A DNA stretch of 64,000 bases from positions 1,860,001 through 1,924,000 of the forward strand of contig LSRY02000001.1 of NCBI GenBank assembly GCA_001643675.2. Reading direction: 5' to 3'. The position numbers and the translations under genes were made by a program. The number at the start of each line of letters is the position of its first letter. Within the stretch, counting starts at the first letter, position 1. The notes under the pieces were generated by a model. It had not been told where the DNA came from and did not search any database. It saw nothing but the letters and a program-made list of their open reading frames with translations. The stretch is from Monocercomonoides exilis PA203. Its lineage: Eukaryota; Protista; Preaxostyla. This document shows, piece after piece, positions 51,601 to 64,000 of this stretch.

Positions 51601-53403
51601 TCTTTCTCTCTTCCTCTTTCTTCTTTTCTTCCTCTTCCTCTTTCTTCTTCTTTTCTAATTCTTCTTCTTCTTTCCTCTTCCTCTCTTTTTCCTCTTCCTC
51701 TTTCTTCTTTCTCGCTTCTTCCAACTTTCTCTTTGCTTCTTCTGCTTTTCTTCTTATTTCTTCCTCTTTCTTCTTCTTTTCTTCCTCCTCTTTCTTCTTC
51801 CTTTCTTCTTCCTTCTTCTTTTTCTCTTCTTCTTTTCTCTTCTTTTCCTCTTCCTTCTTCTTCTTCAGCTCCTCCTCTTTCTTCTTCCTCTCTTCTTCTC
51901 TTTTCTTCTTTTCTTCATTTTCTTCTTCTCTTCTCTTCCTTTCTTCTTCCTCTTTCTTCTTCCTTTCTTCTTCTCTCTTCTTCTTCTCTTCTTCTATCTT
52001 CCTTTTCGCTTCTTCTGCTTTTCTTCTTATCTCTTCTTCTTTCTTCTTCTTCTCTTCCTCCTCTATTCTCTTTCTTTCTTCTTCTTCTTTTCTCTTCTTT
52101 TCCTCCTCCTCTTCTTTTCTTTTCTTCTTTTCCTCTTCCTCTCTCTTCTTCCTCTCTTCTTCTAATTTTTTCTTTGCTTCTTCTGCTTTCCTCTTAATTT
52201 CTTCTATTCTTGCTTTTTCTTCTTCCTCTTTCTTCTTCTTTTCCTCTTCTTCTTTCCTCTTCTTCTCTTCTTCTCTTTTCTTCTTCTCTTCTGCTTCACG
52301 TTTCAATCTTTCTTCTTCTTCCTTTTTTTTCTTTTCTTCTTCCTCTTTCTTCTTCTTCTCCTCTTCCAATTTCTTTTTTGCTTCAACTGCCTTTCTCGTT
52401 ATCTCCTCAATTCTTGCCTTTTCTTCTGCTTCTTTCTTCCTCTCTTTTTCCTCTTCCTCCTTCTTCTTTCTTGCTTCTTCCAACTTCTTCTTAGCTTCCT
52501 CAGCTTTTCTTCTTATCTCTTCAATTCTTTCCTTTTCGGCATCATCCTTCTTCTTCTTCTCCTCTTCCTCTTCAACTTTCTTTTCCTCTTCTTTTGCTTT
52601 CGCTTTATTTCCTTCCTTTTCTGATTTTTTGCTCTCTTCATCCTCTTTCTTCTTTTGCAATCGCTCTTCTTTTCTCTTTTTGTCCTCTTCCAGTTTCTTT
52701 TGATGCTCTTCCTGTCTCTTCTGCTTTTCTTCTTCTTTCTTCTTTTTCTCTTCTTCTTTCCTCTTCTTCTCTTCTTCCATATGCTCTTTTGTGAGTTCAA
52801 CCGACCATCCATCTCCTTTTCCACGTTGAACTCCTTCTTGCGTCAAAGTCAATGTTCTCATATTCTTCAATAAAAAATGAAAATTTTCGATTAATAAACA
52901 AATAAATTACAGCAAACATTCCATTGAGTTCTAATAACAATGATGTCATCACATGAAAAGCCTGGAGCAAATACAATCTTTCTATTTTGCCCATCTTCCC
53001 ATTTCTAAAAATTTAAAATATCGATCGCAAATCAATTGTTAAAAATAATTTTTGCAAACTAATCCTGCACCTTGCGGGAAAACAAATTTGTACTCAATCT
53101 CTTGTGTAACAGGAAGTTCAAACTCAAAGTTCTCAATTTGTTTCGTATTATCTGCTCCATACAATTTTTCTTTCGCTTCTTCAGCATTCCTTTGAAAATA
53201 ATAGAATGATAATATTTATCGATAAAAGTTTTATATCATGATGCAATTTTCAAACCATTTGAAGAGTGCATCATCACTTCCAGTCACAATAAGTGATTTA
53301 TGAGGTGCATTTGCAACGATAAAGCGAACTAAATTTTGGCAAATGAACAAATATTTAAGGCATATGTTTGCATTCAATTAAGTAAACCTTTAACAGTTGA
53401 CAT
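48674..53403 (-). CDS. CBM20 starch/glycogen-binding domain + ~950-aa ER/K charged helix + C-terminal TM anchor (~1498 aa, 4 introns)
   Basis: Exons 53403-53388, 53328-53256, 53189-53060, 53004-52918 and 52864-48674 splice in phase. The N-terminus MSTVKVRFIVANAPHKSLIVTGSDDALFKWNAEEA...FELPVTQEIEYKFV...KWEDGQNRKI...RTQWN fits the CBM20 consensus. C-terminus VIGTAAVGVAGVVAAVAGFFLAK. Confidence 0.85.
49860..52780 (-). repeat. Coding low-complexity E/K/R repeat with ~10 copies of EEI(R/K)(R/K)KAEEAKKKLEE
   Basis: Almost purine-only coding strand; the recurring unit is visible in the translation. Confidence 0.9.
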
Positions 53404-53678
53404 GATTCTTTATTCCTTGTGAGAGGATTGAACAAAGATCGTTTGATCAACTAACCATTGCCCGTATTATTTCAAAAATCACATCAAATTTCATAACATT
53501 TGGATTAATTTTTGACAAATTTCTTTTATTTCAACTTGTGAAGATAATCTTTGATTTTTTTTTGTGAAATGTTTGATCCGACCATTATAGGACAGCTATT
53601 AAGTCATATTTTTTTTCACAAAATCGTTAAAAGCTTTAAACGTACTTTTAACACTTTTATTTTGTGTTGCTGCTTTTA
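53404..53678. promoter_or_regulatory. 275-bp divergent intergenic region (probable bidirectional promoter)
   Basis: Lies between the ATG at 53403 (-) and the ATG at 53679 (+); function inferred from geometry only. Confidence 0.5.
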
Positions 53679-56600
53679 ATGGCATATCGTTCACCAGGGG
53701 CTTTGTCTTATGGAGCTGAAGCTGTTCTTCCTCCAGTTTCCAAATTGCGTGAAGGCTTGTTTATTGGAACTTTCGAAGCTTCTGCATGCGAAGAGGTTTT
53801 CTTTATCACTTATATCATCTAAATTTCATGTCATATTTTTTTAACAATGTATATTATATCATTTATCAAAAGTTTTTGACTTCAAATCGAATAACCCACA
53901 TTGTTAACTGTGCTGGTCAGCACATATCTAATCGATATTTGTCAATTGGGATTCAATATTTAACATTTTTCTTGTTGGACCAGGATAACTCACTGTTTTT
54001 TGATGATGACGATTTCAATATTACAAGTCTTTTTGAATTTATAGAAGAAGCGCATCAAGAAAATGAAGCCGTTTTAATTCATTCTGTTTATGGAAGATCG
54101 AGAGCACTATTTGTTACAGCAGCATACTTAATGAGGAAATACCACTGGAATGCGTTCACTGCCATTGAGATTGTCTCGTGCTGCAGAAAAATTCGAATGA
54201 GATCATCTTTCGAACAGCAGCTAATGCGCTATGAGCATAAACTTCCATCCGTAACATGGACACCCGAATTATACGAGGAAGATTTTCTGATGCGGAACAC
54301 ACATTTCAACCGGGCCGTGAAAGTTGTGCAGACGCCTCCATTTCCCCGAACACCGGTGAAACTATCAATTATTTCTCCGGACGCCTCCAGCTACAGCAGC
54401 CCGTCCTTTCCAAAGGCGTCTGGAAGCTCGCTGTTTGCTATGGGACGCATCACATCGAAGTTGCCGGCATTTCCAGCATCCTCCCAAAATCCATCATCTT
54501 CTTCTTCTTCTTCTAATTCTTCTCAAAATAGCTCGCAATGTTTGGATTCTACTGAAAAAAAATCCATTCTGAAGAAGAAGAAAGAATCGCACCGTTTCAA
54601 AGAGCTGCCTTGCATCGTCACTGCACCTTGTGTTATTCCTTCATCATCATCATCTCCTTCTTCCTCTTCCTCTTCCTCTTCCTCTTCCTCTTCCTCTTCC
54701 TCCTCCTCTTCCTCCTCCTCCTCTTCTTCTTCTTCTCTCTCTCATTCCCGCTCCCTCCCTGTCCAGCTGCTGATGATGCAAACACCTTCCACATCTCCTT
54801 CTCTTCCCTCTCCTTCTCAATCTCTTCTTTCTCATTGCTCTTCCTTAGCTCAAGTTGAATGGCTCCTCCTTCTTTTTCACACGTCTTTGAAGAATCGAAG
54901 GCAATTCGTGTCAAACAATGAAAGTTTTATTCAAAATAAACATTCTTCTAATAAAAAAATGAATTCTTCTTCTTCTTCTTCTCTTTCTTCTTCTTCTCTT
55001 TCTTCTTCTCTTAGCAGACTTCCTGAGAGAGAAAGAAATGGTTCACATAAATGTGATAATAGCAATAGCACATATGAAGAAAGAGAAAGAGAAAGAGAAA
55101 GAGAAAAAGATAGAAAATTCAGTTCAAATCCGAAAAAACTCCATTCTTCTTCTTCTGTTCCTGGATTATTCCGCCCTTCTTCTCCTCTTGTTCCATTGAG
55201 CAGAACAAGATCTTCTTCTTATTCATATTCTTCTTCCTCCTCCTCTTCCTCTTCCTCTTCCAATCAATTTCTTTCTCTTTCCCATTCACAATCGCATTCT
55301 CCATCGTCTTTGTCTTCACAGATAAGCAGAAATGAATCTATTTTTCCGCGGAGAAATAGCTTGAAGGAGAAAGAAAAGTTATATTTGGGTGGAGGAAGAG
55401 GAAATAGCAATGAAAGAGAAAGAGAAAGAGAAGGAGAAAGAGAAAGAGAAAAAGAAAGAATTAGAATAAGAAGCAGAAGTATAAGCAGAAGTGATAGCGA
55501 AAGAGAAGAAGAAAGAAGAAGAGGAAGGGAAAATAATGAAGAAGAAGAAGAAGAAGAAGAAGAAGAAGGGGAAGAAGAAGAAGAAGATTATGAAGATAAT
55601 AATAATAATAATAGAAGAAGAAGAAGAAGAAGCATAGAAAAAGAAAAATACAAGGATGAGAAAGAAGGAGAAGAAGGAGAAAAAGAAGGAAAAGAAGAAA
55701 AAGACAACTTTTATTGGAAGTTGAGGAAGAAGGCGAAAGAATTGTTTGAAAAGCTGAAGAAAGGGGAAAAAATATGTTTGGAAGCAAAAAATGGAAGAAG
55801 GAGAAGAAGAGGAGGAGGAAGAGAAGGAAAAGAAGGAAAAGAAGGAAAAGAAGGAGAAAGAGGAAGAAGAAGAAGAGGAAGAGGAAAAGAAGAGAAGAAA
55901 GAGAAGGAAAGGAAAGAGAAGAAGATGATTGGAGGAACATTGAGAAGAAATGATGATGATGAAGAAGAAGAAGTTTTTGATGGATATATGGATGAGGAAG
56001 AAGAAGAAGAAGAAGAAGAAGTTGAAGAAGAAGAAGAAGAAGAAGAAGAAGAAGAAGAAGAAGAAGAAGAGAAAGAAGAAGAAGAAGAGGAAAAGGAAGA
56101 AGAAAAAGAAGACAAACAAATAAATAACAAAATGAGTGAATTCAACAGAAATGTTAACAAAACAGAAGAAATTTCAACACTTGAAGAGGAAAAAAGGAAT
56201 AAACAAAGCAATTTCAGTGCAATTGATAAAAATTGTCCTGATAAACTTACGAATTCAATGAAATTGAATCAAACTTCTAATGATGGAATAAATTCATTAT
56301 CATCATCATCTTCTTCTTCTTCTCTTTCTTCTTCTTCTTCTTCCATTAATAATACAACTAATAATAATAATAATAATAATGTTTCATCATCTTCTTCTTC
56401 TCCATTAAATTCTTCTAATTCTTCTTCTTCTTCTTTTTCTTCTTCTTCCTCTTTCCTTTCTGCTGATATTCCATCATCTCCTCTCTGCTCTCCAAAATTG
56501 GTTCCTCCTCTTGTCTTTCCTGCTAATTTTGCTAAGCCATCATTAACATCTTCTTCTTCTTCTTCTTCTTCTTCTTCTCTTTCTTCCTCTTCCTTTCCTT

Positions 56601-56969
56601 CTTCTTCTCTTTCTTCTTCTTCTTCTTCTCTTTCTTCTTCTTCTTCTCTTTCTTCTTCTTCTTCATTAAATTCTTCTTCTTCTTCTTCTTCTTCTCTTCC
56701 TCTTTCTCCTTCTTCCTCAGGCATTCATTCTTCTTCTCTCACTCCTCGTCCTCCCACCCCTCCTTCTGCTCATGGAAGCTCTTCTTGTGCTTCTTCTAAT
56801 TCTTCTTCTTCTTTTCCTTCTCCTTCTTCTCCTTCTTCTCCTTCTTCTCCTTCTTCTTCTTCTTCTTCTTCCTCATCTTCCTCATCTTTTTCTCTTTCTT
56901 CTTCATTAAGTGAAGTAAATGTTGATAATTCTTCTTCAAATTCTTCTTCTTCTTCTTCTTCTTCTCAAC

Positions 56970-57030
<61 letters not shown>

Positions 57031-59389
57031 TAATTCTTCTTCTTCTTCCTCTTCCTCTTCTAATTCTTCTTCTTCTTCTTCATCATCTCCTTCTTCTCTT
57101 CTTTCTCGTCGTTCTGATCCTCTCCCTCGAAGACACAAAAGATCTTTCTCTCTATCTTCTCAACAAAAACAACAGAATCAACAAAAATTACAGAAAAAAT
57201 GGAAAGGTTATAAAAATTCTTCCTCTTCTTCCTCTTCTTCCTCTTCTTCCTCTTCTTCTTTATCTTCTTCTTCTTCCTCCTCCTCCTCTTCTTCTTCTTC
57301 TTTATCTTTTTCCATTTCTTCAACAAATTCTTCTCCTTCTCCTTCCCCTTCCCCTTCTGCTTCTCCTTTATCTTCTTCTCCTTCTTCTTCTCCTTCTCTT
57401 CAAACATCATCATCTTCTTCTTCCTCTTCTTCCTCTTCTTCCTCTTCTTCCTCTCTTTCTTCTTCTTCTCCTTTTATTCATCGCCAACTTTCCAAGCTTC
57501 ATTTTCAAAGACAAAACAAAACACATTCGCCAAATTCTTCCTCCTCTTCTTCTCATTCTTCTAATTCTAATTCTTCTTCTTCCTCCTCCTCCTCCTCTTC
57601 TTCTTCCTCTTCCTCTTCTTCTTCTTCTTCTAATTCTTCCCATACTAATATTACTCCTCCTATTTCTCCGAGCTCTCCTATTTCTCCGCTTTCTCCTCTT
57701 TCTCCCACTATTTCTTTGGCTTCTACTTATCCCTCTTCTTCTTCTTCCTCCTCCTCTTCTTCTTCTTCTTCATTATATTCACAACAAAACATATTTTCTA
57801 TGAATTCTCCAATTAATCCATTATCTTCTTCATCTTCTTCTTCCCCCTCTTCTCTTTCTTCTTCCTTTCCTTCTTCTTCCTCTTCTCTTTCTTCTTCTTC
57901 CTCTTCTCCTTCTCCTTCTTTTCTCAAAAAACCTCTTTCTTTCTCTTCTTCTATCGATTCCTTAGCTTTTTCTGCGCCTTCCTCTCCCAATCAGTTCAGC
58001 AGACACAACATTCAAAGAAGAAACTCTCTTTCTTCTCCTCTTTCTTCTTCTGCTAATCCATCTTCTTCTTCTTCTTTGTCTTCTTCTTTGTCTTCTAATT
58101 CTTCTTCTCTTTCTTCTTCTTCTATTTCTTCTTCCTCTTCTTCAAAGTTAAACTCTTCTTCTTCTTCTTCTTCTTCTTCTTCTTTTTCTTCTCCAACAAG
58201 ATTTCGAATTAAATCTTCAAACAAACAAACACCAAAATTCATCAAAAGCTCTCTTCATAATCCTTCTTATCTTTTATCAGCTTTTGCCTCTCTTTCAAAC
58301 AAAAACCCTTCGCAATCACAAATTTCTTCAAGTTCTTCTTCTTCCTCTTCTTCCTCTTCTTCTTCCTCTTCTCCATTAAATTCTTCTTCTTCTTCTTCTT
58401 CCAATCTAATTTCTTCTGATTGTTCTGACATTGATTTATCTGCTTGTACACCTGTCAATGATATCACCTCCCTTCCTTCTCCTTCTTCTTCTTCTCCTCT
58501 TTCGAATTCTTCTCAATCTTCTTCCTCTTCCTCCTCCTCCTCTTCTTCTTCTTCTCTTTCTTCTTCCTCCTCTCCTCCTTTTTCATCATTATCGTCTTCT
58601 TCTTCTCCTCTTTCTTCATTTTTTCAAATAATACCAGCTTCAAACAAAACTTCTTCTTCATCATCATCTTCTTCTTCTTCTTCATTAAATTCCTCTTCTT
58701 CCTCTTCTTCCCCTTCTTCTTCTTCTTCTTCTTCTTCTTCTTCTTCTTCTTCCTCTTCAAAAGAAGCCTTCACCAAGCAATTATCTCCAATTATTGTCCC
58801 TTCTCTCTCTGAAACATCTCTTCCTCTTCCTCTTCCTCTTCATATTCTTCCTCCTCTTCCTGACACCCCTTCCTCTCTTGCTGACTCCCTTTCAAGCAAT
58901 GACAATGTTTTATTTGCTTCGAATTCTTCTTCTTCTTCTTCTTCTTCTTCTTGTCCTTATTCTTCTTGTTCTAATTCTTCTTCTTCTTCTTCGTCGTCTT
59001 CTTCTAATTCTTCTTCTAATTCCACAAACTCTTCTGCTTCTTCTTCTCCAATTAATTCTTCTCCTGTAAACTCCTCACCGTTAATTTCATCAACAACATC
59101 TTCTTCTCATTCTCCTACACCTTCTCCTTCCTCCTCTGTTTCTTCTTCTTCTTCTTCCTCTTTTTCCTCTTCCTCTTCTTCTCCAATCACAAAAGATAAC
59201 ACATTCATTCATTCTTCTCTTTCTTCTCAATCTTCTCAATCTTCTCTTGCTGCGACAATTGGCAATGGAACAGGAAGCATCTTCTCAAACTGTTTTTCTG
59301 CTCTCACTTCTCCTTCCCTTCAGACACCAACTGGGAATGCATTTAATGCTTCTTCATTATCTGCTTCTTCTTCTTCTCCTTTATCTTCT

Positions 59390-59446
<57 letters not shown>

Positions 59447-60859
59447 CCTTCCTTTCCTTCTCCTCATCTTCGCTCTCTCCATCGCACAAGACAAAGAGCA
59501 AACACTTTGGATTCTCTCTCAAACAGACACGGGTATCATAAATATGACAATTATAGCAAAAATAACAGTATTAATAATTGTAATAGTAATAATAGTAATA
59601 ATAATAGTAGTAGTAATAGTAACATTAATAAAATGAATGATATGAGTAATAAAAGTGATATAAGTAATATTGGTGTAAGTAACAGTAAAAATAGAGACTT
59701 AAATAAAAGCAGTCATAATAGCATAAGTAATACAAGTAATGTTAAAGATATCAATTGTGGTTATAATTGTTATAACAGTTCTTATAATAGCAGCAAAAAT
59801 CACACAAAACTGTCCATTCGCTCTCTTTCTTCCTCTTCTTCTATGAATTCTCTTCTGTCAATGAAGAAGACTTTACCAACTTCTTCTTCTTCCTCTTTCT
59901 CTTCTTCTTCTTCTTCATTCAGAAATAGCAGCAGCAGTAAACAAAGACCTCCACATAGCGTGCTCTCTATCAGCCAGTCAGTTTCTCATTCCTCTTCTGC
60001 TCCTTCTCTTTCTTCTTCTCCTCCTTCTTCTTCTCCTTCTTCTTCTCATTCCACTCCTCATTCTTTTTCTTCTCCTCTTTCTTCTCCTCTTCCTCTTCCT
60101 TTGTCTCTTCCTCCTCTCAGCCCAGATGTTGACTCCCTAAGCAATCGAATCTCTTCTCCTTCGCTTTCAGATGTTGATGGAAGAGCAATAAAAAGCCAAA
60201 TGTCAATGAATTCTTCGATTTCTTCGATTTCTTCGATTTCTTCTGCTTCTTCAAATGTTGTGCAGATTCCACAAACAAACCAACAATTTGCTTCTCCTTC
60301 TTCGCTCTCTTCTTCCTCTTCTTCATTATCGTCATTGTCTTCTTTATCATCATCTTCTTCTTCTTCTTTATCTTCTTTATCTTCTTTATCTTCCCCAAAA
60401 TCTCAGCAACCTCCGTTTTCTCCATCTTCTCCTGCCATCTCTTCACACAAACACCAAAGCCCTTTGCCAACCCAGCAACCACACACTTTGGCATCTGTTT
60501 CTTCTTCTCCCTCGTATTCATCATCATCATCATCTTCTTCTTCTTCTTCTCTTTCACCATTGCCTTCATCATCGTCATTGCCATCATCTTCTTCTTCCTC
60601 CTCCAATTCTTCTTCCTCTCCGCTTTCTTCTATTTCTCCGATTCTCCGGCGCTTTCACGGTGTCTCCAGCGGCTTCCCGCCTCGTTCTCTGCGGACATTC
60701 ACTCCGTCTGTGAGAAGCAACTGCTCTGTGAATGCACCTTCACTGAAGTCGATGGCTGTGGAGAATGTTGTGAAGAATCGCACAAACGATTCTTCTTCTA
60801 ATTCTAATTCGAATTCGAATTCTTCTTCAATTGCCACTGCAACTGTTGCTTCTACTTGA
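53679..60859 (+). CDS. Dual-specificity phosphatase-fold pseudophosphatase (HSVYGRSR) with >2,000-aa Ser-rich disordered tail
   Basis: Exon 1 (53679-53795) VSKLREGLFIGTFEASACEE; intron 53796-53872; then ITHIVNCAG, FIEEAH..EAVLIHSVYGRSRA..AAYLM..SFEQQL. The catalytic Cys of HCxxGxxR is Ser. Confidence 0.85.
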
Positions 60860-62642
60860 AGTTTTAGGAGGAAATAAAAAAGAAGAAGAAAAGTTTCAGA
60901 AAATTATTTGAAGTTTGTTCATATTTGCATCTTTTTGGAATGAAAGATTGAATGATATGTTGAAGAACATTCATTATGAATGAAAGATGAAGATGACTTA
61001 AAGGAAAGCAGCAGATAATTCAGTGAGGATTGGGGAAATGTGGAATTGGCAATGCATCCATTCAAAAGATGCTTGCTTTTTGTTCCAAAGATGCTGTTTT
61101 ATTTATTTATTTATTTGCATATTTTTATTTATTGATATTTCTTTTATTTCTTTTGAAAAGTCATTCTATATTTTTGTTTTTATTTTATTTTATTTTATTT
61201 TATTTTATTTTATTTAATTTTATTTTATTTTATTTTTCCCCGTTTAAGTTTCGATGTCATATGTTATAAATGTTTGCTCTTAATATTTATCTGTTAAATC
61301 ATAAACGTTGTTATTTTCTTTTTCTTATTTCTTTTTATTTTTAACTTATTTTTTATTTTTTTATGTTTCCACATTTATTGTTAAATATTCCGTTTCTATT
61401 CTGAAAGTTGCTCTTTTATCGAGTTCAGCAGCAAATATGTTTGTTTATGTTTCATTTCGCTTCGCTTTCTTTTGTTTTCTTTTTCTTTCTTTCTTTCTTT
61501 CTTTTTTGTTTTTTTTGATTATTTTATGTTTCATTAATGAGATTGCTATTTATTGTCTTTAACATTGTGTCTTCATTTTACTCAATGATGTTCTATATTA
61601 ATTCACATTTTTTAATTCACTTAATTTTTGCTTTTTTCGTTTCTTTCCAATTTCTTGTTTTTTCACTGTATGTTTTGCAAAACAACCTCTGATCTGTTTT
61701 TATTTTTTTATTTTTTTTATGCTTTCTTCTATTTTCTTTCTTCTTTCTTTTTTTTTTTTTTTTTTTTAATTTTCGTTTTTTCATTTTTTTTTTCCAAAAA
61801 AGAGAGAGAAAAATTGTTGTTGCGCCTTTGATGTTCATTGTGCAATTTTTGTTTCCTCAAAAAGAATTGTTAAATGCACGTATTTAATTAAGTGCTCTTT
61901 TCTTCATTCATTTGACTCGATTTCTGAATATTGTTTTGAAATGAATAAAGATTTGATAATGTGTTTACTCAAATGTGAAATGGCTTGTTATGTTCCCTTC
62001 TTTTATTTATCTGGTTAACAAAAAAATATTATTGTTGCTTGATTGTTAATTGGATCAAAGAATTGTAATTGTTCTATTAAAAAAGCTTCTCTTCTTTTCA
62101 ATATTCACATTTGATATGCTTCTTTTTGATCCGTTCATCCGCAAATCAATCAGAATGTTTATTGAAATTAATTTTTTTTTTTGTATTTTTGAAAAGTTGT
62201 TTGATTATTTGTCCATCAGCTGTGTGCAAAAGTGTTTTGCACATATTTTGCAAGTGCTAAAAATCTTGTGTTTTCTTTTTCTTTTTCTTATTTTCAAAAA
62301 TACGCTATTGCTTTGCACGAGCATTTGTGTCATTTTCTGCTGTTGAAAAAGAATCCTTCTTTTTGATTCATCTTTTTAAGAAGTAATCAAAACGAAAATA
62401 TTTTTATGTGTTTTTATTGTTCATATTTTCCAGATCACAACTTGTTTGCTGAACTTCGATAATTGTTTCAACTTTTTCCCTTTTTTGTTGATTTTGTAAT
62501 ATTTAAACAAAATAATGTTTATTGAACCAAAATTGTATTTCTTTGTTGGATGATGAAATCGCATCTTGAAGTGAAAATAGAACTTGATGAAATCAAAATG
62601 TAATTTTTGATCTTCAAGATATGTTTTGAATTTGAATAATTA

Positions 62643-63640
62643 CACCAATAATTATTCAACACCGAAAAACTTTCAATCAAAATCGAAAAACTTTCAACCA
62701 AAGTCGAAAAACTTTCAAACGAAATCGAAAAATATTATTCAAAGTCGGAAAACTTTCATTCAGAGTCGAAAAACTTTCAATCAAAGTCGAAAAACTTTCA
62801 ACCAAAGTCGAAAAACTTTCAATCAAAATCGAAAAACTTTCAACCAAAGTCGAAAAACTTTCAAACGAAATCGAAAAATATTATTCAAAGTCGGAAAACT
62901 TTCATTCAGAGTCGAAAAACTTTCATTCAGAGTCGAAAAACTTTCAATCAAAGTCGAAAAACTTTCAATCAAAATCGAAAAACTTTCAACCAAAGTCGAA
63001 AAACTTTCAAACGAAATCGAAAAATATTATTCAAAGTCGGAAAACTTTCATTCAGAGTCGAAAAACTTTCAATCAAAGTCGAAAAACTTTCAACCAAAGT
63101 CGAAAAACTTTCAATCAAAATCGAAAAACTTTCAACCAAAGTCGAAAAACTTTCAAACGAAATCGAAAAATATTATTCAAAGTCGGAAAACTTTCATTCA
63201 GAGTCGAAAAACTTTCAATCAAAGTCGAAAAACTTTCAATCAAAATCGAAAAACTTTCAACCAAAGTCGAAAAACTTTCAAACGAAATCGAAAAATATTA
63301 TTCAAAGTCGGAAAACTTTCATTCAGAGTCGAAAAACTTTCAATCAAAATCGAAAAACTTTCAACCAAAGTCGAAAAACTTTCAAACGAAATCGAAAAAT
63401 ATTATTCAAAGTCGGAAAACTTTCATTCAGAGTCGAAAAACTTTCAATCAAAGTCGAAAAACTTTCAACCAAAGTCGAAAAACTTTCAAACGAAATCGAA
63501 AAATATTATTCAAAGTCGAAAAACTTTCAAACGAAATCGAAAAACTTTCAATCAAAATCGAAAAACTTTCAATCGAAATCGAAAAACTTTCAAACAAAGT
63601 CGAAAAACTTTCAAACAAAGTCGAAAGTTCGAAAAACTTC
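62643..63640. repeat. 21-bp tandem array (AAAGTCGAAAAACTTTCAATC) with higher-order structure; probable left arm of a foldback TIR element
   Basis: Roughly 46 units, including a recurring 20-bp variant GAAATCGAAAAATATTATTC. Begins TA|CACCAATAATTATTCAA, like the 11189 element. Confidence 0.9.
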
Positions 63641-64000
63641 ATATTTTCAAAAAGATGACAAAAATATACAAAAGTCAAAAAAACATTGTGATTGTTAAAA
63701 TATCGATGATATTTGTTATTTTAATATTTTTTCATCTTTTTTCTGATATTTTTCTTTGCTTTCTTTTGACCAATTACAAATTTAAAATTATGAGAGAAAT
63801 TCTGACATATTTTTATCTCATTTCAGTTGAAAGCACTCTTCTTCACAAAAAATTTTCTTTCGAAAATTTTAATTTTTTTCCTATTTTATGTAGAATGAAG
63901 AATTCATTATTGACTCTCTTATTTAATGTTTTTTCATCACAAACAACTCATTTCTTATTGAAGGAAACAAATGTTCTAAGATGTGTTTTGAGTTGATTTT

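Noticed and set aside
49521-52703. 1060-aa Phe/Ser ORF and other + strand ORFs
   Set aside because: Antisense shadows of the purine-rich E/K/R gene.
62626-63996. 456-aa ORF or possible CRISPR array
   Set aside because: The ORF arises from a stop-free tandem repeat read in cycling frames. The units abut with no unique spacers, and no cas genes are present.

Overview
AT-rich, intron-containing eukaryotic DNA. Gene content and style (short GT(T/A)-AG introns, poly-Ser insertions, giant GG-repeat receptor pseudokinases, a multicopy helical protein family) suggest the oxymonad Monocercomonoides, read with the standard genetic code; this assignment is an inference. Genes: two paralogous ~2,600-2,800+ aa single-pass surface receptors ending in a degenerate kinase C-lobe (the first runs off the left edge and is absent from the ORF track), an OTU deubiquitinase, a kinesin-5-like motor, PUS1/TruA, and a head-to-head pair made of a CBM20 + ~950-aa ER/K helix + C-terminal tail-anchor protein and a Cys-to-Ser dual-specificity pseudophosphatase. 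At least four disabled copies of a lineage-specific protein family are present. Two dense DNA-transposon clusters lie at 11.2-18.2 kb and 41.7-45.2 kb. They hold a Merlin/IS1595-like element with two nested MITEs, a non-autonomous hAT (8-bp TSD) carrying an intron-containing host gene fragment, a near-intact DD35D pogo element, several MITE families and a foldback-type element whose relative starts the 21-bp array at 62.6 kb. The most novel candidates are the membrane-tethered glucan-binding rod paired with a pseudophosphatase (laforin's two domain types on separate adjacent genes) and the cargo-carrying hAT. No rRNA, tRNA or CRISPR array was seen.
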